Shown in pieces: positions 27,780-40,900 of a DNA stretch of 64,000 nucleotides (position 1 is the first letter of the stretch; each line of letters opens with the position of its first letter). The notes under the pieces are model-generated. The model worked only from the letters and a program-made list of their open reading frames with translations. It was not told the origin of the DNA and made no database searches. The translations under genes were made by a program, and so were the position numbers. Source of the DNA: Enoplolaimus lenunculus (Eukaryota); the NCBI GenBank assembly GCA_030248215.1, contig JASANG010001402.1, positions 434,001-498,000 of the forward strand, read 5' to 3'.

Positions 27780-29063
27780 CCGCCATTGATGCAAAGTAAC
27801 CCAGTCATTCATGGTAGAACAGACCAGAAGACGTATTGATGTTGACAACGACCATTTTCTGGACATACAATTCTTTTTAATACAAACCTTTTCTGATTAG
27901 TAGCTGCGAAGATGTTTGTGTAACTGTAAAACACAAGCTCAAATATGCAAAAATTTTCAAAATTCAACCATTTATGGGCAAACGCTTGCTAGCGATGTGG
28001 GATAACAGAAACGACCTTGGGATTCCAGTTTCAGATTGTAGAATCGCCGCGTCTATTTGATATATAAGTCTCGCCAAAAAGTTAGGTGTATCCGTAATTA
28101 TACTCGAATTAAAAGGTTAAATTCACAAACTATAGTTTAAAAAATTTAAGCTGGGGCTGAGTTCGACTACTCTACACTGTACCTTAATGCACAGATGGGG
28201 CGTGAACTTGTTTCAGGGGACGTATATTAGGCAGGTACACACCGAAGGGATATATCTCTCCCCCAAAGTTTTTGAAAAACGATGATTATAGTTACGTTTA
28301 CAGGTTTAGAATACCCTTCAGGATTCTTGAATACAAATGGATCGCTATATCATCTTAAAAGCACTTCCTGGCTACGACCGTGACTAGTTCACCTGTTGCG
28401 GTGGCCCCACTTAACTGGCCAATTACGGACCGGTACAGAGTGGACCGGCAGTATGGCCTACCGTGCGAATACCCCGTGGGCTATTGTTGGAATGTGGTCC
28501 ACTCAACGAAATTAAGAAAAAAATCACTATTTTACTAAATAGGCACCGGTAGAGCGGCGTATTTCTTAATGCAATGCGTCGATTCGTGGTGCCAGTCATA
28601 CCTTAGGACTGTGTACAGAACAAATTAGGCTTTCTAAATAACACCAATTCTAGGTTCATTGTTTCGGTTTCGTTGTTAAACCTCACACAGTGTGAGGGCC
28701 ATTATGCGTGTGATAAGATGCCTGCAGGGAATTGTAGATTATTATTTGTGCGTTGAATAGAATAATTATAATTTGCATATTCATTATTATTGCAGTTTGA
28801 GGCTAAAATTGCATCTACAGTAATGCCACATTCCTGTAGAGACTCACATTGCGAGCGTTGCAGACGAACCTTAAGTCTCTGAGTAGAAGAGTGAAGACTT
28901 CGCTTGTATAATTCATCGGTTAAGCTTTGTTTTGCGAAGGAAACATGAAATTTTTTGAATTTTAAAGTCTTCGAAAGGTTTCGCTAGCTAAATTTCAGCT
29001 AAAAATGGTGTTAGGCTGTTTTTAATAACCACGGGCACAGGGGCTGTTTCTGTTATCGGGTTT

Positions 29064-29534
29064 AGCCAATGTAAAGAACAAGGGCGCAAGTGTTCTGTGC
29101 TCCACTCTCAAAAAGGGGGAGTAGTGTTAGTCGATTGCAAAGTGCGAGGCTTGGGGGCGTGCAGCTTTTTTGCACATACAGCATAATAATAAGGATAGCT
29201 ATATTTTAAGGGTAGACAGGTAAAATGTTTCGGGTAGAAGGTTCTGGTTTTTAATTGGTACTGGCGGTTACTGGAAAAGTTGTGTATTACGGTTTATGTT
29301 TGTTAAGCGAATAAAATTGATTATACGGCGCTATTCAAATTAGCTGCATCCGGAGTTACAATTCTTAAGCCTAAGCGTAAGAATGAGCATATTACTAAGC
29401 CTAAACCTAAGCGTTAGAATGAGCATATTCCTAAGCGTAAACCTAGACAAACAAAAAACTGTAATCTAAAACTTAACCTGACTCTTTTCTAGTCCCACAG
29501 AAAAACTGTTGCGCCCCTGATCTTTACATGGGCA
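29064..29534. mobile_element. Long (471 bp) TTAGGC-bearing MITE, subfamily B, with extra internal sequence
   Basis: AGCCAATGTAAAGAACAAGGGCG...CGCCCCTGATCTTTACATGGGCA; perfect TSD tcgggttt. Confidence 0.8.
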
Positions 29535-29976
29535 TCGGGTTTGAACCACAATTTTTACGTCAAAACGTACAGCCATACGAAGGGAACATTCTGAAAATTA
29601 CAGATAAAAGTTTACTTTGTAGAAATTAGCATTTTTATACAAGCTTTACGGGTTCCTGAAAACGGAAAAAATATATTATGGTGTCGACGAACAGGACTCG
29701 AACTCTTGTGCCAGCATCTCTGTTTGTAGCTTAATTAATGTTGACCATGTGAACGGATTTAGTCGAAATATTCAAGGTACCAGTTCGGAAAATTTTTACA
29801 TTTGGCTCTGGATGGGCACGATAATATCCACAAATGACCCTAGGGTATACCAGGTTTGATAACAGGAAACCGTCCGTTGCGGTTTTAATGATTATAGCTT
29901 TGCCTATTCCTCTCTGCTTGTATTCTCAAATGTATGTAGCACCTATTACACGTCGATGACAAGCCTTGCAGTTATC

Positions 29977-30148
29977 GGCCCATGTATAGAACAGGGCTGG
30001 ATCGTTTTTCGGAGGGGCTATAACAGAGTTAGATTAAGCTTTAGACTAATTTTTTCGGTAAGCTTAGGCTTAGTAATAGGCTCATCCTTACGCTTAGGCT
30101 TAGGAATATGCTTAAACTACTGTTCCGGCCCTGTTCTATACATGGGCC
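29977..30148. mobile_element. TTAGGC-bearing MITE, subfamily A
   Basis: GGCCCATGTATAGAACAGGG TIRs; TSD cagttatc/caattatc. Confidence 0.82.
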
Positions 30149-31677
30149 CAATTATCGATAGAATGAACCCCGCAATTTTCAAATAATATTTCGCACAAAA
30201 TTTACTTTTGTATGTTGAGGTCAACAGCAACTATATTTGCCTTCTGTCAATTCATCCCCCAGATTCAAGTTTTCCAGATGACAGTCTCACACTCTCAGGC
30301 ATTTAGTTTCAGATCTAATAATCCACTAATGAGTCTAGAAAATTTGAATTTAGACGGAAGTATACAATTGTAGTAAATACGTTCTAGTCCTTGACCCTTT
30401 TATACGCGAAAATAATGCTAATTGAGATAGAAGACCGCTTGGAGTAGGCATACTAACGCTGCGGGCATTGTTAAAACTAAACAATAGCTATCGTAGGGCA
30501 GATATTCACTGTAGGAGTTCGAGATTTAGAAGGGAATAGAATTATAGGTTTCTAGGAACAGATGGTTTACAGTTCACTCAAAATAATATTTCTTCTGATA
30601 TTTAAGTAAATTTTTTTAAATTTAACAAATATAATTAGCACACGGTGCACTTAAAAGATATTTCTGTTGTACCAGAAAAGTTTTCAAAAAAGTTTTGAAA
30701 TAAAGTCTAAAAATATTACGTTTTCCTGTTATTTTTAGAAAAATTCTCTTAGGTATGACAGAAAAACGTTTCAGATTTGCTGCCACAGAACATACTTTTC
30801 AGAATAAATTCAGAAATATTTTTTGTGTGATACAGGGACGTTTGGTGGAAGGTTGATCGAGACGTTTACAATTAAGTACTAGGATAACTTTAAGACAAAA
30901 GAGCTGTTAGGCTAGAAATTGTTTTACGTTGTAATGCATATACTGAAATCGTAGCTAAAGTCGGTTTTTTACTACAGTGTTTTGTAGTTCATTTATCTCC
31001 CACCTTTAAGCCAACACGCAAGTTCATAGATGGAAATATTGCCTTTCTCGGAACCAATTCTAGACAGATTATAGTGTTTTATGTTCAGTAAATATATATT
31101 TACATATACACCCCTGGTATATATTTTTGAAAACGAACAAATTATTCAGCCGAAGGAATCACGGGGGCCGTAGAAATCACAGGGATCAAGGATTGCCTCT
31201 GTTATCAAAGATAACTCCAAAAGGGAAGCAACGCTTGTAACAATAAACATACACCTTAGTGACATTGGTTATCACACAGGCCCGCTTAAAAACCGAGTTT
31301 AGTTCTACAGCAGGCAGCAGTCAAATGTTGTTTTTATTCATCAACAAAGCATTATTTAACCGTTTATCACATGAATATTTTCTATTTCATCTGAGACCTA
31401 CTTTTATGCTAAGATTCGAACACCGTTATTGGAGTGGGGAGCGTTTACCATCACCACTCGGCTATAGGAGCTTGACGCTCGAGCCCGAGGTGACTCTCAC
31501 GTCTTGTGGTGATTTAGTACTACTATGTATACGTGTTGCAATTGTTAAACACTGTGCTATATATATTTTTAATGTATATACAATGCGCTGAGTTCCTCAT
31601 AGTCAACTCTTTGTGACAAGGGGTTAAAATGAATCTATTTTTTAATTTGACTTTGAAAATATGTTTATTGTTTTTAG

Positions 31678-31956
31678 TGCCTCCATCGTTGAAACCTGGC
31701 GCTGAATCAGAAATTTACGTTGACGAAGGTACCCGCGGATTTCGTTTGCCGTGTCCAGCGCTGTCGGATAGTCCGTTGTTTTTTGGATGGCAAAAAGACT
31801 CGCATACAATCGGCGCTGGATGGATGAATTTTCGTCTAATGGGAAACGGAGATCTCAAAATCAAAACTGTGACCCCAGAAGATAAAGGCGTCTATGTGTG
31901 CCGTGCGGCAAACGGATTTGGTTCGGTCCAGTTTACGTATTCGTTAACAGTTAATG
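31678..31956 (+). CDS. FGFRL1: FGFRL1 exon: Ig domain 1
   Basis: tttttag acceptor, G|gtaagt donor; encodes RLPCP...[15 protein letters not shown]...[24 protein letters not shown]. Confidence 0.92.
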
Positions 31957-34900
31957 GTAAGTCGCTGCAGTTTAATCGCCGATAATGGTAAATTTGTAAG
32001 ATTTAATGTATTAAAACCAGGGTGTAATCGGATATCGGTTTCCGGTAAAAATCGGTGTCCGTGTTCGTTTGCGTTATAGAAATACCAGAAATTCTGTTAT
32101 TTTTGTGCTCAAAATTAGCTAAAAATCACGTATAAACGCACAATCTTTATTACATATATGCACTAATTGACCGATATGAAGCGAAAATTACGAAATTGAT
32201 CCAAAATCTTTAACATTTCGATGCATCTGCTGATTTGTCTCTTCTCAAGTTTTAACAGACAGAACCGGTGACTATTTGCATGCTTCAATTGTTGTAGTCA
32301 AAAATAAAACAACATCTTTAAAACTTTTATACTTCAATATCTGTTTTCCGTTTACGTTATTTTCTATCCATTTACACCCTGACTAAAATATTGGCAAATA
32401 CCGTCTGTTGAATTGCGGGTACCAGTTTTAATTTGCTTGTCATTACGTTTAGGTTTGCAAGTATAAAACATTGTTATTGCAGACAATGTGATTTTCATAA
32501 TTGATAGTCCTGCATGGTAGAGTTGTGAAACGTTTTATTGGGGACGCGTCGAGCCTGTTCGGCGGCCGGGGGGAGGGTGCTTATTGTAACGTCAACCCTG
32601 TACCAGAGTTATTTTCCTATAGCCAGATATGTGTGAAAATGCGGCCCGTGTAAAGATCACTGGCGGAGAGTTTTTCTGTGGGACTGCAATAGAGTAACCT
32701 TAAGCTTTCGACTAATGTTTTTGCTTGGCTTTAGGCTTAGGCTGAGGCTAAGGAATATGCTCACTATTACGCTTAGGTTTATGCTGAGGTGTAGGCTTAG
32801 GCTTAGGCTTAGGAATATGCTTATAATACTGTTCCGCCCGTGTTCTTTACATTGGCTGAAAATGTTTCAAACAGCGTTGGGGTCATCAACCTCAATTAAG
32901 TCAAAATAACACTAGAACTGCATGTTTTTACATTTCTTTAAGTTTACGCACTATATTTATCCGCAGAAAATACCAGATTTCATTTCACAGAAACGAACAA
33001 GGCATGATTTTCTACGACATCCAGGCGAGAACGGACAAAATTTATATATCCTTTGCTATCAACATCCCAAATACGGGAGTCGTTATCGTTCTTAGGCTTC
33101 GTTAACTCTTTCGCCGAGTTATATATTTTTCCTATACCAAAAATTGGTTAGCCTTTGTTGCGTGAAACGTTTTTTTCACCCCTGAACATTGTCATCTTTG
33201 TGGCAACTTTGTCCAAGATTTTTGATTGACAGGCTGTTTCGATACTTGTCACATTTGGCAACAGATTGTTTAAAGATGCGTGTGCGCTAATTTTTAAACA
33301 TTTACTACCGTAAACGTTTTTTTTTGCTTTGAAATAGTTTTTTGACGAGTCTAAAAACAATCTACCGTATACATGATTACGGTGAGGTACAGTACCGGAG
33401 CAGGCTAGGGTTGGGGGTCCCTCAAAATTCATGGGTGAGGACACCTTGTACTGATCATGATATTTTTCAAGTTTTCAAATCTTGTTTGGGTGGCGGACCC
33501 TCTTTGGGGTGGGCCCCCAGATGGTATGGACGGTGGCTGATCGGGCCCTAGTGAGGTAGAACAACACTTTCAAAGCAAACATGGTTTCAAATGTAAATTT
33601 TAGCGTTGTAGTTTCAAATCACTGCAGCGGATTTGAACCGCTCAAATATGCGCAAAAATTTTCAAAATCGAACCATATTTGACCATACGCCGGCTCAAGG
33701 AGATATCCGAAAACATCCGCACATATCATCTATCAATTATATGGTCGTGGGCCAATCTGCTATTTGAGCAAATTACTAATTGGCCTAGACCAAGCTGAAT
33801 TTCTGAGCAAACGACTCTTTGGTGGTCCAGGCCAATTAGGATTTGGTTTGAGTAGCCGATTGGCCTGCGACATGTATATGTTCCAAAACAAGCCAGCTAC
33901 ACCGTGAAAAAGTGAACGAAATATTATAATTCTTCACATTGGCAAATTGTTAACGGTTTAATATAGGCAGTGCCAATCGAACAAATATCTTTAGGGCGTC
34001 CAGGGTCGTCACATTTTGTTCCACATTGATTGAAGCTGCGGCCCATGTTACTTTAAGGGGTGTTCAGGTTCCTGGTGGGTCTATAAAAGAGTGGGTTTAG
34101 ATTCTGGATTACAATTTTTTGCTTAGGCTTAGGTTTAAGTTGAAGCTTCGGCTTAGGAACGCATTTTTGCAACGCTTAGGCTTAGGCTTAGGAATACGCT
34201 TAATCTACTGTTACTCCCCTAAAAGTAACATTGGCCGAAGCTGCAGTGACTACGACATATACGCGCAAGCAAAGCCGTATTGTTTAAACATTGAATCCAA
34301 TTTGCATATTTTGATTGAGAGTTCAAAATTTAAAATTGAATGCGTTTAAATGGTTGGTTGAAATTTGAACGCACATTTAAATCAAACGTAGCCGGTCACC
34401 TGATAAACACATTTTAAGGCTACGGAGGCCGTCGTCATATGATTTAGCTTTAAGATATGGTATGGGTGTGTACACTACAGCTGTCTAATGGTTGAATATT
34501 AAAATTTAGGCCTAGTGGTAATGCGGCTATAGATGGAACCAAAGGGTGGGGGGTCGGTCGTCTAGGGCGGCGACACCTCGCTTATTGTGCAGGGGGCGAT
34601 GTGAACTTCGACATTTTGGCTTGAGGAGAAAAATAACCAGTTGTATGAATTTTATAATTTTGGTCCTTGTTCCTTCGGGTAATATTTCATATTTTGTCCC
34701 AGCAGATTTGTAAAATTGTGCTACCGCCAATGGTGTGGGTGAGAGTCGTATCATTTATGTAAAGACAAGTAGCATAGTATAGAAAACGTATGTCAGGGAT
34801 TTTGTTCCAAGCATTCCCTCTCAGCAGGCCCAAGATAGAGCGGGCACGCAGCCAGAAGAACGCAGGACGTAGGCCGCTGGCTAAAGTGAAGCCGGGAAAG

Positions 34901-37900
34901 ATTCAGTCCGTCTGATTCCTAGAATAAACTTTTACCTCTCTTATAAAAGTTTCAACCTCGCTAGTAAGTTATCTGATATCCTTTGATGCCTCTGCTAAAA
35001 ATCCCCTCTAGGCAGGACAGCAATTTACGGACTTGGCAGGATGGCCCAGATTCCAGCGGACAAAGTTTGCATTGCGAAAACAAGTTTTAGTTTGATTTTT
35101 AAGTCACGGGAAAAGCTCGTAAGTCCCCTCCAACAGGACCTAACACTCCGAGTTTAGTACGATCCTTGCAGTAGGGGCACCGTTCTCTACCACGTCTTAA
35201 TCCCGATCCGTGTATCATTTCGTCTGTCAAACTCGATTATGCTGCCAGCACACGTCATTATATCTTGATTTCATAGAACAAGTGCTTCACAACTGTGTCG
35301 AAATTGCAAGCCTAATCACAAATTGCAATCAATACTGTGACCACATCTTGTCAAACAGGTTAAATAATCTTGACATTGTGTATCAAAAAAGATTGCTATA
35401 GATTCGAAACTTTGTTGCTGTCAAACTTTTAAGCCTCGTATCGCCACCAACGCCACCGGAAATAAACGCGAGTGAAAATTTAGCTGTTATTCGATAATCA
35501 AAATCAGATATTAAAATTGACTTGAATAAATAAAGTTTTGCGATGGCGCCGTAAAGCCAGCGGTGTAGCTAATGGGTTGCAGTTGTTATTTGAAACGATG
35601 AACGCAGGTCAACAATCACAACAAACCCTTGAATTAGTTTGTGGCTATTATACTGAATGATGGTCTTGTATGGTACTGGTGAAAATATATTTGTCAGTTG
35701 GTGATAAGTCTTGTAACTTTTGAAAGCATCAAAGATCAAGATTGGATGAATTGGAATTTTGGCAAAGATCGCTTAGTTCAGCAGTGCATATGTCGTAGGC
35801 CAATCTTCTGTTCAGGCCAATTAGCAATTGGCCTAGGCCAGTATGCTATTCGAAGCAAATAGCAGTTTGACCTACACCAAACAGGGATTGTAGAATGTCG
35901 CAAAACAACAGTGATGTAAAACCAACGCTGCATGGTTAACGGTGTTGCGTCTGTTCAAGTAATCAAATCAGATTGATTTGTAAGGTCAGTAGCAGTTTAG
36001 TCCATGCTAAGCTGCTGTTACGCAAAATAGCTTATTGGCCTAAGCCAATTTGTGATTGGCCTAAATTGCAGACTCTGCCGGAGCCTGAAACAGACCTCCG
36101 GTTGTACCCTGCTAAACAACAATAAAGCCAATAACCGTAAATTGTTTGTAGAGGGACAAGCAGCCAAAAATGCAAGAAAAATTGTTTGCTACATTAGAAT
36201 TCCGGTATTGCTGTCGATGAGTTTTTGGGGCTGGTAGGTGAAAATGACCGTTTTGAAAACGTCTCTGCGATCACCCCGTACGCCATAATCGGTGGGCCTG
36301 ACAACCTTCCGGTACGCTTATAAATTTCGCAGACGAGATTTAACCCCCCCCCCCCCGATAGGAAATGAGTTATTATCCGCTATCCGCCCTCCGATGCTGA
36401 CATTGAGTACTCGCCGTCCGGCGCAAAATTCCCAAACTCTTGGTCAACTAATTTTCACTCGATTCAAATTTTTTCAACTCAACCGTAAAATTGACGACCT
36501 GTCATCGCGTTTCGAAGTTTGAAATTTCAATTTGAAAACTGTGATGCGTCCTCCAAAATTAATGTCGACGATATTCTCAACGTCAAAACTTGTCAACTTG
36601 AACAAATTTGGTGAAAATATTTCAACAAGGGAGAGCTAGGGTGGATTCAGAGACGGCGGCGTGGGAGGGGGCTAATCTAGGAGCGTGTGTTCTCACGAGT
36701 AATGTTCAACGTTTAGCACAATGTGATCCGAATCCGCGCATTTTGTAACGATGAATTTTTGAAAAATAATAATTTAGGAATTTGTTAAATTTCAATCGAA
36801 GACAGAGATATAAAGCAACAAACAGCTAAATACAGTTTTTAGTTTTCAAATCAAAGTACGAATCTGAATATCCACATTTATTACGTACAAGTATTTGCAG
36901 TGGCAACCATACACGTGTACGGTACACTGCAAATTTCAGTGAGTTGGATTTAACTCCAGAATGAGTTGAATCATTCAGTCTGAGTTAGGACTTTCAGAAC
37001 TCAGAAATTTGAGTTGATTCAAAACTCACCCAGAGTCAACTCAACTCATAGTGACTTAATGTTTACTGGTATTAATTCAGAAATAACCAACTCGCTAGCT
37101 GAATTGATTAATCAACTCATTGGAATTTACAGTTGAAATTTTTGGACAATTCAGGCATGTGCAAGTTACGTCTGCTGAAACTAGCACGTGTGAGTAGGGA
37201 ACTCACAATGTTCTTTTAGGTTAAATTTAAGGTAAAATAATACGCAGCAAAAACAAACATTTGTTTGCGATGTCTGAGATTTTCAACAAATGTTTAAAGC
37301 TGTTAACCCTAATAAATAAAAAGCTAAACAAACCATCGGAAAGTTAAAACCAACAACTTCGCGAATTTTATACATGTCGTAGGCCAATCAGCGATTCAGG
37401 CCAATTACCAAATGGCTAGGCCAATCTGCTATTCTGAGCAAATAGCAGGTTGGCCTACACCAAATAACGATTGTAAAATGCAGCAAAACAACAGTGATGT
37501 AAAACCAACGCTGATTGGTTAACGGTACTGTGCCTGTCAAAATAATCAAATCTGATTGGTCAATAAGTTTAATAGCAGTTTAGACTAGGCGAAACTGCTA
37601 TTACGCAAAATAGCAAATTGACATAAGCCGATTAGTTATTGGCCTGGATAGCAGATTGGCCTACAACATATATAAGTATACAACTTAATGGAATATTCAT
37701 AAATGCCATGTCTTTTACGAAATAATTAGTTTCGTTCGAAAACAGCACCAAAATTTCAATCTGTTTTTTATTAAATTTCAGGCAAAAATGGCAACGCAAT
37801 TCATCCAGCGCTACCCAGTTCTCCAAAGCCTGGCCCTGCAATCAACGAGGATAACGCTGCAACCAGGTTACCCTCGCCAGCACGGCCTGGAGCAGATTTA

Positions 37901-40900
37901 CCCGAAGATTTTCGCAACGAAATTACCCACGAAATTTTAGACAACGAGTTGCTTGACAACAATAACAACAACAATAACAACAACAATAATAATAATAATA
38001 ATGATTTATATGATGACGATGACACAATTACCATAGTAGAATACGGTGATGAAAGTGACTTACCTGGTGATAACTCGGCCAGAGGCGAAAATCGTTGGCG
38101 GCGGCCATTTTGGCGAAATCCGGCCGAAATCTCGACAATGACCCAAGACGCGATCATCAAAGAAATTGGTGCACCTGCTCGGCTCCGATGTTTGGCAGGC
38201 GGAAATCCGAAACCACAGATTCGATGGCTGAAAGTAAGAGAAAGGCCGCAGTTAGTGGCCGCAGCTACGGCACCACCTTCCGCTCGTACCCTTTACGAGG
38301 AGGCCGGCACCTGGGATCCGCCCGTAAAAACCGATTCGCCTTGCTGGTACTACAACAGATCTTGAGCCGTCGACCCAATCCCGGTTAACTCTGCCTTAAA
38401 ATATTTTTTATTTTCGTTTTCCTATATTTCGTTATGTTTTAATTATTTGTCCCGTTTTATTGTTTTAATGTTTTCTTTGTTGCAGATTAACTTTTAGCTT
38501 AAGCCACAACGTCTTTGTGTCGACGCGTGAACTGGAACTTAGCACTTTTAGATGTTGTGGTTTTTGATTAAAAGGCCGGCTGCTATAATACTCCATCATT
38601 GGAACCTCATGGTCGAGAAATTGAGTACTGCGTATACGCGTAATAATTGTTAAATACTGAGCATTGTGTATTATTGTTTCGTATTTACAGTTTGCAGAAA
38701 GCATCGAATAAATTAAATATAAAGCTCGTTTTATATTTCAGGATGGCCGGTCGTTTACAAAGGGCCACGCCAATGGCTGGGCGTTGCATTTACGCAATTT
38801 GCAACCTGCAGATTCGGGGCAGTATACTTGTCGAGTATCAAACGATCACGGAACTATCAACGCTACTTTTTCAATACTTGTATCATGTAAGTGCATTTGA
38901 ATATTTTAAGAATTTCTTAAAATTAAAGTCTCAATGTAAGACACCGCTGCCAGAACGGGCTCGTAGCCAAGGGTAGGGGGCAAGAAGAGGAAGCTAAGCC
39001 CCCTGTTGGAAGATTTTGGCCTCCTTAATAATTGTCAACCTTGCTTGTAAGTCGACGAAAACCCATTCCGCCGGAATTCTATCATCAAACTTGATAGACA
39101 AAAGTCAGCAACAGCAGCACTCGTGCCGGAGGTTTCGGCAGTTTCGGTAGTGAAATTTTGCATAGTTTTACAAAATTTATTTGTTTTGTGCGTTTTGTAT
39201 TGAACTTTTGGTACAATTTTGGTTAAAAACGCTGGCGAACTTTCGCAAAAATCATCTGCATAAAAACCAGAATATTTAACAAAACCATACAGATATTTGC
39301 TATTAAATTAACGAATTAAACATCATTTTAACTGCCTAATTTCGCTTCACTTCTGGTTTCACTTCCGGGCCTGGAAAATATTGTTGACATCAATTTCAAG
39401 TTCGATTTATACAAAAAACCTTTTCCTTGTCGAGCATTATCTTGTCTTATACAGTATAAATGTAGGCTCGCTCCGGTAAAGAGCGGATATAAAAACTAAG
39501 CAGCATTATTTCCAAAAGTTACCATCAATGATGCCGCAAGTCTATAAGTTTCAATAGCCGCCTACCCTTGGCCCCTACTAAACTTATGGTGTTCCCGTTA
39601 GATCCGACCGAGATGTCCCGAGCGCCGGGTAGGTTGCAACTATAGTCATTCACGCTTGGTAATTGTGTATCCACGGGTCACAGGTACAAGTCTAGAGGTT
39701 GCATTGATATCTTTATAGATGCCTTGTTTTATTGGGGGGTCGAAGCACCGACGGTGATGCCAGGATAGACATGCACCTCCCCCATGACAAGTTTTTGAAA
39801 CATTACTACCGATTTGCTTATCCAATAGTATTTTCTGGGTCGTCCTGTATCAATTGTAATTTCTTGGTATACGTCACTGCTACGAAAAATAGTCGTAAAT
39901 ATATTTTCATACAATAGACGATTTGTGTTTCAGCGCGAGAGCTTATTCCGCCGGAATTCCATCGTTCACATCCGGTCAATAGTACCGTATCCGAAGGTGA
40001 CACTGCTGTGCTGTACTGTAAAGTTCGAAGCAAACTGCCACCACATATTCAGGTTAGACGGACAGATAGAGATACTGGATTGTGTTTCAATATAACGTCA
40101 AGGTAGACGCTTGCGTAGACCGATAAGAAAATGACCATTTCGACATCCGAAGACATTAACATACACTGCAAAAAATGGTGAGTCAAATTGACTCTCTCGG
40201 AAAGAGGCTTTTCCTGACTACCCAAACAAACTGAGTCAAAATTTGACTCCGCCACAGTCAAATTGAGTCGAATATGACTCGGGTGGAGTCGAATTTTGAC
40301 TCAGTTTGTGTAGTCAGAAAAGCCTGTTTCGGAGAGAGTCAGTTTGACTCACCATTTTTTGCAGTGTACTTATATTAAAATTCTTTATCCGTAACTTAGT
40401 ATGTCAATCTGCATTTAACTTTTATCCTTTCAGTATCGATAACAAACCTCCTACAACTTTGCTTTATATCAAGGGCACTGCTGTCTCTGACAGCGAAAAT
40501 TTTTCTACCAAGAAATTGTTCGCGTTCCGCCGTCTAGCGCTTGCAGACGCACAAAAAGTGTACTGCAGTTATCTTGAACGGGCATTGTTTAATTTGGTTT
40601 AAAACTAAAAATTTAATTCATTTCGCAGACGAAATTTGTTGTTTTTGACGGACGTTTTGGTCTTAAACTTTGCGAACATTTGTTTCATTTGGTCAAATTT
40701 ATATTAATAACATCTGAATGCTGTAGGTTTCAAATACCGTTGCCAATATTAATATGAACCAGAATACAACCTGGAGCCGGTCGCTAATCGACATCCGCTA
40801 TCTTATTTACACTCCTCGTATTCGGGTCACTACAGTACTTTGACTGTTTAAAATTGTAGGCTCACTGTCAATTTTAAAAATTTGTTTTTAGTGGCTTCGT

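Noticed and set aside
34791..34978. Solo LTR (TGTCAG...AATAAA...CTGATA)
   Set aside because: No terminal CA, no clear TSD and no second copy.
39560..39914. Retropepsin-like relic (ITIDTG) on the minus strand in an FGFRL1 intron
   Set aside because: Only a short motif resemblance, with stops and no accompanying gag/RT sequence.
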